From an uncultured Solirubrobacterales bacterium (GTDB taxonomy: Bacteria > Actinomycetota > Thermoleophilia > Solirubrobacterales > JBBDJG01): a stretch of DNA of 64,000 nt. The notes below the pieces were generated by a model. It had not been told where the DNA came from, searched no databases, and saw nothing but the letters and a program-made list of their open reading frames with translations. Position numbers and translations under genes: made by a program. The stretch's first letter is position 1. Every line of letters begins with the position of its first letter. The stretch lies in the NCBI GenBank assembly GCA_963731895.1, contig CAVSXO010000025.1:11777-75776 (forward strand), given 5' to 3'. Shown piece after piece: positions 41,550-54,084 of the stretch.

Positions 41550-42814
41550 CGGCGTTTTCCCTCTCGCGGACGTGTTTTTCCAGCGACCCGCAGCTCCTGG
41601 ACGAAGTCGAGCACTCGGACCGCCACGTCCTCCTTGGTGCTCCGTGGTACATGCAGCTCGGCGTTCTGGCCCAAGATCGCGACCTCGTTGTGATCCGAGT
41701 CGAAGCCGATGTCGGGGCGCGAAATGTCGTTCACGACGATAGCGTCGAGCGTCTTGCGTTCGAGCTTCGCCCGGGCGCGCTCCACTCCCTCCGGGCCGTG
41801 CTCGGCCGCGAAGCCCACGATGATCTGCCCCTCGCGGCGCTGCGCCGCAGCCTCGGCGAGGACGTCGGCGGTCGGGACCAGGTCCACCGTCAGGGCGTCC
41901 CGTCCCTCCTTCGAGATCTTGGCGTCCTCGGGGTTCGCAGGCCGGAAGTCGGCGACCGCGGCCGCCATCAGCAGGAGATCCACGTCGGCGAGCCGCTGAA
42001 GCGTGGCGTCGCGCACCTCCTCGGCAGTCTGGACCTCCACATACCTGACCCCGGGCGTGGCGTCGAGCGCCGTGTTCGCTGCGATCACCGTCACGGTCGC
42101 GCCCCGGCGCGCCGCCTCGGCAGCCAGCGCGAAACCCATCCGCCCGCTCGAGCGGTTGCCGACGAAGCGCACCGAGTCGAGTGGCTCGCGCGTGCCGCCC
42201 GCCGTGACCAGCACCCGCATGCCATCGAGGGGCCGCGGCGCTCCGCCCGCGACCATCTCGATCGCCTCGAGGATCGCCGCCGGCTCGGCGAGGCGGCCGA
42301 CTCCCCATTCGCCGCGTGAGGCGAGTGCCCCGGTGCCGGGCTCGATCATCTGCACCCCGCGGTCGCGGAGCAGGTTGAGGTTCGCCTGCGTCGCCGGGTG
42401 CTCGTACATGTGGTTGTTCATCGCCGGCGCGACCAGCACCGGACTCGTGCAGGCCAGGTATGCAGCCGTGACAAGGTTGTCGGCCTGACCGGTGGCCATC
42501 TTGGCGATCGTGTGCGCCGTGGCCGGCGCGATGCAGAAGGCGTCACAGCGGGCGGCCAGCTCGAGATGGCTGATCGGATCGTGGTCGGGTGCCTGCTCGC
42601 CGGGATACGCGCCCCGCGCGGGGTCGCGCTCCCACTCCTCGACGAGCACCGGTGCGCCCGTGATGCCCTCGAACGTCGCGCGGCCCACGAACCGCTCCCC
42701 GGAAGGGGTCTGGATCACCCGCACCGCATGACCCTGCTTCGTCGCGAGACGTGCCAGCTCCACCACCTTGTAGGCGGAGATGCCGCCGCTCACTCCGAGG
42801 AGAATCCTTGCCAT
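41546..42814 (-). CDS. coaBC: bifunctional phosphopantothenoylcysteine decarboxylase / phosphopantothenate-cysteine ligase
   Basis: Intact 422-aa ORF: ILLGVSGGISAYK...PAMNNHMY...VLVTAGGTREPLDSVRFVGNRSSGRMG...AAVADFRP. Confidence 0.9.
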   Translation of the reverse strand: MARILLGVSGGISAYKVVELARLATKQGHAVRVIQTPSGERFVGRATFEGITGAPVLVEEWERDPARGAYPGEQAPDHDPISHLELAARCDAFCIAPATAHTIAKMATGQADNLVTAAYLACTSPVLVAPAMNNHMYEHPATQANLNLLRDRGVQMIEPGTGALASRGEWGVGRLAEPAAILEAIEMVAGGAPRPLDGMRVLVTAGGTREPLDSVRFVGNRSSGRMGFALAAEAARRGATVTVIAANTALDATPGVRYVEVQTAEEVRDATLQRLADVDLLLMAAAVADFRPANPEDAKISKEGRDALTVDLVPTADVLAEAAAQRREGQIIVGFAAEHGPEGVERARAKLERKTLDAIVVNDISRPDIGFDSDHNEVAILGQNAELHVPRSTKEDVAVRVLDFVQELRVAGKTRPREGKRR

Positions 42815-42894
42815 TCCTGCGTCTGAATATAGAGCGGCTGAGCCGCCGGCGCGAGGCGCAAGCCCAACCCGTTAGCGGCGTCGCGCCGCCCCGA

Positions 42895-43122
42895 TTATCG
42901 GTAGTGAGACTTGATCTTGCCCTGGGCGACCTCTTCCAGGGCGATCGTGAGGTAGTTCTTGCTGGGCGTGTCCACCATCGGCGGCGGAAATTCCTCGAAA
43001 ACCCCCTCACCAAGCGTGTGGTAGTAGTTGTTGATCTGACGGGCCCGCTTCGCCGCCACGATGACCGCCGCGTAGTGCGAGTCGACGTGCTCGAGCAGGT
43101 TGTCGATACGGGGATAGATCAA
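42895..43122 (-). CDS. rpoZ: DNA-directed RNA polymerase subunit omega
   Basis: AGGAGA-5 nt-TTG start at 43122. (M)IYPRIDNLLEHVDSHYAAVIVAAKRARQINNYYH... Confidence 0.75.
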   Translation of the reverse strand: MIYPRIDNLLEHVDSHYAAVIVAAKRARQINNYYHTLGEGVFEEFPPPMVDTPSKNYLTIALEEVAQGKIKSHYR

Positions 43123-43362
43123 GGCGTCTCCTGAGTCGGCCTGAGAAAAGCCGCCGCCAGGCGGGCGACGGCGAGGGCAACCCGGCAATTCTACTGAACG
43201 CCTGAAACTCCCCTACGAGCTCCGGGTCGGGCCAAATTGAGGCGCCGGGGCAGGCGATCGGCCGGCGAGACACGTGGCCGGTGTGGGGGTAGAGGGCTCC
43301 ATAGCAACCACCATGGCCCACACCGGGCGCAGGACCCGGGGTGATTCGGCACGAACCGCGCC

Positions 43363-43959
43363 CTAGGAGTGCTCGCCCAGGGTCGAGCGCACGAGCGTGG
43401 CGAGCTCTTCGGCCGCACGATCCACGTCGTCGTTGACGATCACGTGGCCGAACTCGTCGCGGGCCTCCAGCTCCTCGCCGGCCACCGCCAGGCGGCTCGC
43501 GATCTGATCCGGGCTGTCCGTTCCGCGGCCCTCGAGTCGCTCGCGGAGGGTCGCCGCCGAGGGCGGCGCGATGAAGACCTGGACGGCGTCGGGCATCGTG
43601 CCTCGGACCTGGCGTGCGCCCTGGACCTCTATCTCCAGCACCACGCTGTCCCCCCGGGCCAGGCGCGGCTCCACCTCGGAGCGCAGCGTCCCGTAGCGAT
43701 TGGACGCGTAGTCGGCGTGCTCGAGGAAGTCGCCGGCGGCGACCCGGCGGTCGAACTCGTCCGGGCCCATGAAGTGGTAGTGCTCGCCGTCCCGCTCGCC
43801 CTCGCGCGGCCCGCGCGTCGTGGCCGACACGGACAGGTCGATGCCGGGCACCGCGTCACGCAACCGGCTGATGAGGGTGCCCTTCCCGACCCCGGACGGG
43901 CCGGTGATCACGAACAGCCTGCCGCGGCTATCTCTTGATGAGATGACCGATGAGCTCAC
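43363..43959 (-). CDS. gmk: guanylate kinase
   Basis: GRLFVITGPSGVGKGTL...VSATTRGPREGERDGEHYHF...FLEHADYASNRYGT...LEIEVQGARQV. The start is uncertain: GTG 43959 is chosen, and GTG 43983 is the longest. Both overlap the mihF 3' end. Confidence 0.8.
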   Translation of the reverse strand: MSSSVISSRDSRGRLFVITGPSGVGKGTLISRLRDAVPGIDLSVSATTRGPREGERDGEHYHFMGPDEFDRRVAAGDFLEHADYASNRYGTLRSEVEPRLARGDSVVLEIEVQGARQVRGTMPDAVQVFIAPPSAATLRERLEGRGTDSPDQIASRLAVAGEELEARDEFGHVIVNDDVDRAAEELATLVRSTLGEHS

Positions 43960-44263
43960 GCCGCTGGCGCTCGGAGAGCCCACCGATCGTCTTGCTCGGT
44001 GAGATCCGGCACTGCGCGAGGATCTTGTTGACCTTCACGTGGCCGTACTTGGGCACCGCGAGCAGCATGTCGGACACCTTCGCGGTGAGGATGTAGTCCG
44101 GCGGGTCGCGCAGCAGAACGGCGACATTCGCCCCCCCGTCCTTGAGCTTCCGCTTGAGCCGCGCCCTCTCGGTCCTGATCCTGTTCGCCTCGTTGAGGGC
44201 CTCCATCCGCTGGGCCAAGGAACGTTCCGGGGCGGCGGTGGCAGACTTCGTGGCGGCGGGCAT
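43928..44263 (-). CDS. mihF: integration host factor, actinobacterial type
   Basis: RMEALNEANRIRTERARLKRKLKDGGANVAVLL...KVSDMLLAVPKYGHVKVNKILAQCRISPSKTIGGLSERQRRELI. Confidence 0.85.
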   Translation of the reverse strand: MPAATKSATAAPERSLAQRMEALNEANRIRTERARLKRKLKDGGANVAVLLRDPPDYILTAKVSDMLLAVPKYGHVKVNKILAQCRISPSKTIGGLSERQRRELIGHLIKR

Positions 44264-44271
44264 GGGCGGCG

Positions 44272-44299
44272 ATTATACGCAGGGCTTCGCGGCGTGCAA
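44272..44299 (-). promoter_or_regulatory. near-consensus sigma-A type promoter for mihF, geometry implies a leaderless or nearly leaderless mRNA
   Basis: Minus strand: TTGCAC (44299-44294), 16-nt spacer, TATAAT (44277-44272), then only 8 nt before the mihF ATG (44263). A T8 tract lies 10 nt upstream of the -35 (UP-element-like). Confidence 0.5.
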
Positions 44300-44408
44300 C
44301 CGCCGCCTGAAAAAAAACTCTCGCAAACAAATGCAAACGCGTGCGCGCAAAGCAAACACGAGACGCGCGCGCGCAGGTACGCACTTTTCCGCTGCATTTT
44401 GGGGAGAT

Positions 44409-45377
44409 TCAGGACGTGCTTCGCGCAGCGAGTGATGCTGCGCGTGCGTCGTGCACGCTGCGCAGCGAGCGTCGTTGCAACTCACGCGCCAGCTCGTCGC
44501 GCACCCTCTCGGCGGCCATCGGGTCGCGAAAGCTCTCCGTCCCGACGGCGACGCACGCGGCTCCCTGCGCGATGAAGTCGAGCGCATGCCGGCCCTCCTG
44601 GATGCCGCCCATTCCGATCAGCGGCAACTCCGTCGCGGCCGCCGCCTCCGCGGTCAGGGCGAGCGCGACGGGCCGGATCGCCGGGCCGGAGAGACCGCCG
44701 CTGCCGGCGCCCAGCCATGGCTCTCCCGAGTCCGGATCGACAGCTACCGCGCGCAGCGTGTTGATCAGGGAGATCACGTCCGCCCCGCCATCCTGCGCGG
44801 CCCGTGCGACCGGCCCGATCTCCGACACGTTGGGCGTCAACTTCACGATCAGCGGCTTCGCGGTCAGCGGGCGGACCCGGTGCATGAGCGCTCTCATCTC
44901 CCCCGCCTCGCTGCCCACGATGCACCCCGACTTCACGTTCGGGCAGGAGACGTTCAGCTCCAGCGCCGCCACCTCGTCGCGGGCGGCGACCGCCTCCACC
45001 AGGGTCGCGAACTCGTCGTGCGAGAACCCCGCCACGCTCACGATCAGGGGCACCGGGAGGGTGGCCAGCACCGGGAGGTCGTGCTCGAGGAACCCCGTGA
45101 GGCCCTTGTTCGGGAGGCCGATCGAGTTGATCAGCCCGGATGGGGTCTCCCACAGCCGCGGCGGCGGATTGCCGCCCCGGGGAGCGACCGTGATCGTCTT
45201 CGACACGAAGGCCGAGAACGGGAAGCGCTCGCGGAGCTCGTCCCCAAAGGTCCGCAGGGCCGCGATCGCGTCGAAAGTGCCGGATCCGTTCAGGACCGGA
45301 TGGTCGAGCTCGACGCCCGCAAGGTTGATCCGGAGGTCCACACCGGGCGGAGCGGTGGCCCCGGCACTCAATGCCAC
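44409..45377 (-). CDS. pyrD: dihydroorotate dehydrogenase 1B, catalytic subunit
   Basis: GTG 45377. LAGVELDHPVLNGSGTF...GLINSIGLPNKG...ELNVSCPNV...KLTPNV...INT...GGLSGPAIRPVAL...IGMGGI. Confidence 0.9.
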   Translation of the reverse strand: MALSAGATAPPGVDLRINLAGVELDHPVLNGSGTFDAIAALRTFGDELRERFPFSAFVSKTITVAPRGGNPPPRLWETPSGLINSIGLPNKGLTGFLEHDLPVLATLPVPLIVSVAGFSHDEFATLVEAVAARDEVAALELNVSCPNVKSGCIVGSEAGEMRALMHRVRPLTAKPLIVKLTPNVSEIGPVARAAQDGGADVISLINTLRAVAVDPDSGEPWLGAGSGGLSGPAIRPVALALTAEAAAATELPLIGMGGIQEGRHALDFIAQGAACVAVGTESFRDPMAAERVRDELARELQRRSLRSVHDARAASLAARSTS

Positions 45378-46185
45378 TCCTCCGCCAGCTCCGCGGCCCT
45401 CACGACCGGCCCGTCCACGCACAGCCGGCGAAACCCGGTGCGGGTCGCCACGACGCAGCCGAAGCAGGCGCCGAAGCCACACGCCATGCCGGCCTCCAGC
45501 GCGAGCTGCGCCTCGATGCCCCGTGCGACGCAGATCCTCCTCACCGCCTCGAGCATCGGGTGTGGCCCGCACGCATAGACGCACGTCCGTCGTGGCGAGC
45601 TCCCGCTCCAAGAGGTCGGTGACCAGTCCGTGATGGGCGTTCGGACCCGTGCCGTCGTCGGTGGCGACCAGCACGTGGCCTGGGACGAGGCCCGCCGCCG
45701 CGGCGTACTCACCGCTTCGAAAGCCCAGCAGCGACACGCCGGGGGCGTCCAGGGCCTCGGCCCAGATCACGAGCGGGGCGATCCCGATGCCTCCCCCGAC
45801 GAGCAATGCCCGGCTGCCCTCCGGCGGCTGCGTGAACCCGATGCCGAGCGGGCCGACCAGCCCCAGGTGATCGCCTTCCCCGAGCTCGGCCAGACGTTCC
45901 GTGCCGGGACCGATTGCCTCCAGCAGGAACTCGAGCTGTCCCTCGCGCGCCCGGCAGACCGAGAAAGCCCGGCCCAGGTGCGGGCGGCCCGACTCGCCGC
46001 CCCAGCCCTTCGCGGCGCTCAGCATGTAGAACTGGCCGGGCCGCGGCGCGGGGCCGTCCGGGTCCGCGGCCGCCAGCAGGACGTACGGGCCGACCGCTTC
46101 GCGCCCCGTCACCCGGCAGAGCGCGCCGGCCGAGCGGGCGCAACGGCGTGCGCGGACCTTCGACGGCCTCGGCGACACGACGTGG

Positions 46186-46189
<4 letters not shown>
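45368..46189 (-). pseudogene. pyrK: dihydroorotate dehydrogenase 1B, electron-transfer (FAD/2Fe-2S) subunit (frame changes at the extreme 5' end and at ~45600)
   Basis: ATG 46189 overlaps the carB stop (ATGA). PGQFYML...LLVGGGIGIAPL. The C-terminus is in another frame: VYACGPHPMLEAV...CGFGACFGCVV (2Fe-2S Cys cluster). Confidence 0.8.
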
Positions 46190-49390
<3,201 letters not shown>

Positions 49391-49398
<8 letters not shown>

Positions 49399-50509
49399 TC
49401 CGCGCCATCTCCAGGAACCTGTCGAACAGGTACAGCGAGTCGTGTGGGCCTGGGCCTGCTTCGGGGTGGTACTGGACGCAGGCGCCGGGCACGTCGCGCA
49501 GCACCAGCCCCTCGACGGTCCGGTCGTAGAGGTTCACGTGCGACAGCTCAGCCGCGCCGAAGTCGGTCTCCCACCGCACGGGCTCGTCGCCGGGGACCGT
49601 CTCCTCGCCGCCGGGCCCCCGCACGGCGAAGCCGTGGTTCTGGGCCGTGATCTCGATCCGCCCCGTCTGGAGGTCCTTCACCGGGTGGTTGGCGCCGCGG
49701 TGGCCGAACCGCAGCTTGAAGGTCTCGAGGCCGACCGCGCGGCACAGGAGCTGGTGCCCGAGGCAGATGCCCCACACCGGCACCTTCCCGACCAGCTCGC
49801 GCACGTTGCCCACGACGTAGTCGAGCGCGGCCGGGTCGCCCGGCCCGTTGGCGAGGAACACGGCGTCCGGCTCGCGAGCCAGCACCTCGGCCGGCGGCCG
49901 TGGTGCAGGGCAGCAGCTCGACCGTCATCCCGCGCGCGACCAGGTTGCGGACGATCGACTTCTTGATGCCGGTGTCGAGCGCCACGACCCGGGGCCCGTC
50001 TCCCTCGCCGACGACGATCGGCTCGGACGGCGTCACCTCGCGCGCGAGGTCGCGACCCAGCATCGGCGCCTCGGCCTCGATCAGCGCGCGCGCCTCGGGT
50101 TCGGGCATGTGCGCCCGGGAAGATGCCGCCCCGCATCGCCCCGCGGTCGCGGATGTGGCGCACCAGCGCCGCGCGTGTCCACCCCGCCGATGCCCGCCAC
50201 GCCGCCGGCGCTCAGCCAGTCGACCCAGCCTCCGCCGGAACGCTCCGGGGCCGCATTTCCCGGCTCACGCATGATCACCGCGCGCGCGTGCGGGCGGTCG
50301 GACTCCGTCGCCTGCGGCGAGACCCCGTAGTTGCCGATCAGCGGGTAGGTGAAGGTGATGATCTGGCCCGCGTAGGAGGGATCCGTGACCGCCTCCTGGT
50401 AGCCGGTCATGGCCGTGTTGAAGACCACCTCGCCGACCGCCGGGCCCGGAGCGCCGACGGCGTCGCCGTCGAGCCGCATGCCGTCCTCGAGCAACACGTA
50501 TGCGCTCAT
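49391..50509 (-). pseudogene. carA: carbamoyl-phosphate synthase small subunit (three frame changes)
   Basis: MSAYVLLEDGMRLDG...GEVVFNTAMTGYQEAVTDPSYAGQIITFTYPLIGNYG, then RHIRDRGAMRGGI, then RVVALDTGIKKSIVRNLVARG, then FLANGPGDPAAL...VWGICLGHQLL...FGHRGANHPV...QNHGFAV (GATase triad). Confidence 0.85.
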
Positions 50510-51046
50510 TTGACGAGCGCCTGGACTTCCTTGAACTCCGGCGTGCCGGCCTGGCGCAGAAGTTCGAACAGGGCGGTCTCGACGCTGGTCGCGACCGCAC
50601 CCGAGCGCTCCATCTTGTGCAGTCCGAGCGCCCGGTTCTCGGCCGTGCGTGACGTGACCGCGTCCTGGGCGACGTGCACCTCGATCCCGTCTGTGATCAG
50701 GTCCTCGGCGGTCTGGTTCACGCACACGTGGGCTTCGATCCCGCACAGCAGCACCTGGTCGCGGCGGGCGTCGTGCAACGCACCCGCGAAACCCGTCCGC
50801 GTCCACCGCGCTGAAGGACACCTTCTCGATCGGAGTCACGTCGAGGTGCTCGCTCACCTCGGGGATCGTGCGCCCGAGGCCCTTCGGATACTGCTCGGTG
50901 ACGAGGGTGGGCAGCCCGAGGATCCGCGCGCCCCGCACGAGCGTTGCGACGTTACGCGCCACCTGCTCGAAGTCGAGCACCGCGGGCCGGAATGCCTCCT
51001 GCACGTCCACGACCACCAGCGCCGCGCGCGAGCGGTCGAGCTTCAT
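50506..51046 (-). pseudogene. isochorismatase-family hydrolase (one frame change), embedded in the pyr operon
   Basis: MKLDRSRAALVVVDVQEAFRPAV...LGLPTLVTEQYPKGLGRT...KVSFSA, then the next frame gives VLLCGIEAHVCVNQTAEDLITDGIEVHVAQDAVTSR. Both gene ends sit in ATGA overlaps. Confidence 0.75.
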
Positions 51047-52440
51047 GCCCGCTCCGGCGCGCGTGATCGTGCCCTCGGGCTCGTCCGCCAGCCGGATCGC
51101 AAAGCCGCGCTCCCGGTATGCGACCGCGCCCCGCGCGACAGTCATCAGCACGCGCCCGCGCAGGTCGCGCCCCGCGAAGCAGGAGTTCTCGGCGCGGCTC
51201 TCGTAGCCGGCCTCCCCGACCGTCCAGCGAGCCCTCCAGGTCGACCAGGCAGAGGTCCGCCCGCGCACCGGGCGCGAGCGTCGGCGCACGCAACCCGTAG
51301 GGCACGCCACCGGCGCTCATGCGCTCCACCACCAGCTCGAGGGCGAGCACCCCGGGCAGCACGAGATCGGTGTACAGGACCGGAAACGCGGTCTCGAGGC
51401 CCGGTCACGCCCATCGGCGCCTCCTCGAAGGGCGCCTCCTTCTCCTCCCGCGAATGCGGGGCGTGGTCGGTCGCGATGCAGTCGATCGCACCTGACCGGA
51501 GGCCCTCGATCAGCGCCTCCCGGTCGCGCTGGGCGCGAAGCGGCGGATTCATCTTGAACCGGGGGTCGAGCGAGCGGACCGCCTCGTCGGTCAGCACCAG
51601 GTGGTGCGGGGTGACCTCGGCCGTGATCTGTACTCCGGCCGCGCGCGACCGCTCGACCGCCTCGACCGACTCCGCGGCGGACAGGTGCAGGATGTGGATC
51701 TGCCCACCCTCGTACCGGGCCAGCTGGGCATCGCGCTCGATCGCCGTGCTCTCGGAGACGGACGGGATGCCCGCCACGCCGAGCATCGTCGAGACCGCTC
51801 CCTCGTGCATCACACCGTGCCCCGACAGTGCCGGATCCTCCTCGTGCAGCGCCAGCACGAGGCCCGCGAGCCGCTGGTACTGAAGGGCCTGGCGCATCCG
51901 GTGGGCGTCCGCGACCGGGAAGCCGTCGTCGCTGAAGCCGGCCGCGCCCTCCTGCGCCAGCTCCGCCATCTCGGTCAGCTCCGTGCCGGACTGGCCCTTG
52001 GTGATCGCGGCGAGGAAACCGACCGGCACGACCGCCTCGACGGCAGCCCGCTCCTGGAGCGAGCGCAGCACGGGGGCCGCGTCCACGACGGGCTCCGTGT
52101 TCGGCATCGCGAGGATCGCGCAGAACCCGCCGGCGGCAGCCGCGCGCGTGCCCGACTCGAGGTCCTCCTCGTCCTCGCGCCCGGGAGTGCGGAGGTGGAC
52201 GTGAGGGTCGACGAAGCCCGGAAACACCGTCAGGCCCTCGGCCTCGACCTGCTCGCAACCCGCCGGGGCGCTCGCCGCACCCGGCGCTGTGATCTCGGCG
52301 ATCTCGCCGTCGCGCACCAGCAGGTCGTGGACCCCGTCGAGGGCGGCACGCGGGTCGAGCAGCCGTACACCGCGCAGGAGCAGCGTCGCGGGCACCGCGT
52401 CGCGGGCCGCCATGCGGATGCGCGGGAAGCGGCCGCTCAT
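51043..52440 (-). pseudogene. pyrC: dihydroorotase (three to four frame changes in the C-terminal third)
   Basis: ATG 52440 overlaps the pyrB stop (ATGA). GFVDPHVHLRTPG...AAAGGF...MPNT...HEED...HILHLS...TAEVTPHHL...NPPLR...IATDHAPH. The 3' end is inferred from the ATGA at 51043-51046. Confidence 0.8.
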
Positions 52441-53384
52441 GCGGGCTGCTCCACGGGCGGGATCGGCGCGGGGCCGGCAGCTCCCTGCCGACCGCCCGAC
52501 AGGAGCTCGTAGAGGATCGCCATGCGCACCACCAGCCCGGCCGCGACCTGCTCGGTGATCAGCGCCTGCGGCGACTCGATCACCTCCGCGGACAGCTCGA
52601 CCCCCCGGTTCACGGGCCCGGGGTGCATCAGCAGCTGACGGGGGTGCAGCCGGCGGCTGTCGATCTGGTAGTTGGCCACGTACTCGCGCATCGAGGGCAG
52701 GAACGCGTCCCCCATGCGCTCGTGCTGCATCCGCAGCGTGTAGATCACGTCCGCGTCGGAGAGGCCGCCGAGGTCATAGCGGACCTCGCAACCGAGGGCC
52801 TCGACGTCGCGCGGGATCAGCGTCGGGGGCCCGCAGACGGTGACGCGCGCTCCCATGCGCGTGAAGGCATGGATATTGGAGCGGGCGACACGGCTGTGAA
52901 GCACGTCCCCGACGATCCAGATGTCGGCGCCGTCGAGGGACCCGAGCCGGCGCCGCAGGGTGTAGACGTCGAGCAGCGCCTGGCTGGGGTGCTCGTGCTT
53001 CCCGTCGCCGGCGTTCACCACCGACGCGGTCGTGTGCCTGGCGACGATCGCCGCCGCGCCGGCCCATGGCGCGCGGATCACGATCGCGGCGGGGTCGTAG
53101 GCGGACAGCGTCGCGATGGTGTCGCGCAGCGACTCGCCCTTGTCGATCGCCGAGCCGCTCGAGCGCACGTTCACGAGGTCGGCCGACAGCCGCTTGGCCG
53201 CCAGCTCGAAGGACGAGCTCGTGCGCGTGCTCGACTCGTAGAACAGGTTGACGACCGTGCGGCCACGGAGCGTGGGCACCTTCTTGATGTCGCGCTCCAC
53301 CACCTCCCCGAATCTCTCCGCCACGGCCATGATGCGCTCGATGTCTCCTCGCGAGAGGTCCGCGATCGAAAGCAGGTGGTTCAT
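52437..53384 (-). CDS. pyrB: aspartate carbamoyltransferase catalytic subunit
   Basis: Intact ORF: FYESSTRTSSSFELAAKRL...HPSQALLD...GDVLHSRVARS...HPGPVNRGVE. Confidence 0.92.
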   Translation of the reverse strand: MNHLLSIADLSRGDIERIMAVAERFGEVVERDIKKVPTLRGRTVVNLFYESSTRTSSSFELAAKRLSADLVNVRSSGSAIDKGESLRDTIATLSAYDPAAIVIRAPWAGAAAIVARHTTASVVNAGDGKHEHPSQALLDVYTLRRRLGSLDGADIWIVGDVLHSRVARSNIHAFTRMGARVTVCGPPTLIPRDVEALGCEVRYDLGGLSDADVIYTLRMQHERMGDAFLPSMREYVANYQIDSRRLHPRQLLMHPGPVNRGVELSAEVIESPQALITEQVAAGLVVRMAILYELLSGGRQGAAGPAPIPPVEQPA

Positions 53385-53938
53385 TCGGCCTCCACCGGTC
53401 GGGATTCACGTATCTGCACCTCATCCACGTCGTCGCTCTCCTCGAGGCAGACGTGGACTCGCTGGTCGCGCGAGGTGGGAAGGTTCTTGCCCACGAAATC
53501 GGGGCGGATCGGCAGCTCGCGGTGGCCGCGGTCGACCAGCACGGCAAGCTGCACCCGATCAGGCCGGCCGTAGTCGAACAGCGCCTCCGTGGCCGCCCGT
53601 ACGGTGCGGCCGGTGAACAGGACGTCGTCCACCAGCACCACCGTGGTGCCCTCGAGCGGGAAGTCGATGTGAGATGAGTGCACCACCGGCTGGTCGCCGA
53701 TCGGGCGCGACCCCACGTCGTCGCGGTAGAAGGTGATGTCGACCTCGCCGAGCGGTACGGGGGCTCCTGTCAGCTCCTCGATCAGCGCCCGCAGCCGCCT
53801 CGCCATCACAGCCCCGCGCGAGTGGATGCCGACCAGCGCCACCTGCTCGCGGTCCTGATTGGACTCCACGATCTCGTGGGCGATGCGAACGAGGGCTCTG
53901 CGCAGGTCGTCCCGGTCGAGGACGATCCCGTCGCTCAC
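53381..53938 (-). CDS. pyrR: bifunctional pyr operon regulator / uracil phosphoribosyltransferase PyrR
   Basis: Intact ORF: LALVGIHSRGAVMA...TFYRDD...VVLVDDVLFTGRTVRAA (PRPP-binding loop). GTG start, and an ATGA overlap with pyrB. Confidence 0.9.
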   Translation of the reverse strand: MSDGIVLDRDDLRRALVRIAHEIVESNQDREQVALVGIHSRGAVMARRLRALIEELTGAPVPLGEVDITFYRDDVGSRPIGDQPVVHSSHIDFPLEGTTVVLVDDVLFTGRTVRAATEALFDYGRPDRVQLAVLVDRGHRELPIRPDFVGKNLPTSRDQRVHVCLEESDDVDEVQIRESRPVEAE

Positions 53939-54000
53939 GAGCCGAGCGCCCGTACGTCGTGCGAAGTGGCAGACCGGCCTGGCCGGCTGGAGTTCATCAT
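53935..54000 (-). CDS. putative 21-codon pyr leader ORF translationally coupled to pyrR
   Basis: ATGATGAACTCCAGCCGGCCAGGCCGGTCTGCCACTTCGCACGACGTACGGGCGCTCGGCTCGTGA encodes MMNSSRPGRSATSHDVRALGS*. Its TGA overlaps the pyrR GTG (GTGA at 53935-53938). AGGAAGGA lies 6 nt upstream of the first ATG. Confidence 0.4.
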   Translation of the reverse strand: MMNSSRPGRSATSHDVRALGS

Positions 54001-54006
54001 GCGAGA

Positions 54007-54040
54007 TCCTTCCTGGCCTCTCTGGACCGGGTTAAAGGAA
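54007..54040 (-). promoter_or_regulatory. PyrR-binding RNA hairpin (pyr leader binding loop)
   Basis: Minus-strand RNA: UUCCUUUAACCCGGUCCAGAGAGGCCAGGAAGGA. It contains the conserved UCCAGAGAGG core of PyrR binding loops. Upper stem GGUC/GGCC with CAGAGA loop, lower stem UCCUU/AAGGA. Confidence 0.75.
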
Positions 54041-54084
54041 CCGACGCGGCGAGTGTAGCAACGGGAGCCGATGCCGCCGGGGTT

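Noticed and set aside
43189-43362. The ~230-nt spacer between gmk and rpoZ considered as a possible small RNA or riboswitch
   Set aside because: No recognisable conserved motif or convincing terminator. The only clear signal is the AGGAGA-TTG start context of rpoZ.
44300-44408. Alternating GC tract (gcgcgcgcgc) and T8 run downstream of pyrD considered as an intrinsic terminator
   Set aside because: The GC stem carries a mismatch and is separated from the T-run by about 25 nt. The T-tract fits better as an UP-like element of the mihF promoter.
50506-52440. Apparent in-frame fusion of dihydroorotase with the isochorismatase-family hydrolase, and likewise GT2 paralog 1 with the methyltransferase at 11551
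   Set aside because: Both boundaries carry an ATGA tetranucleotide (51043-51046 and 11551-11554), so a stop becomes available after a 1-nt frame correction. Both upstream genes already show several frame changes nearby.
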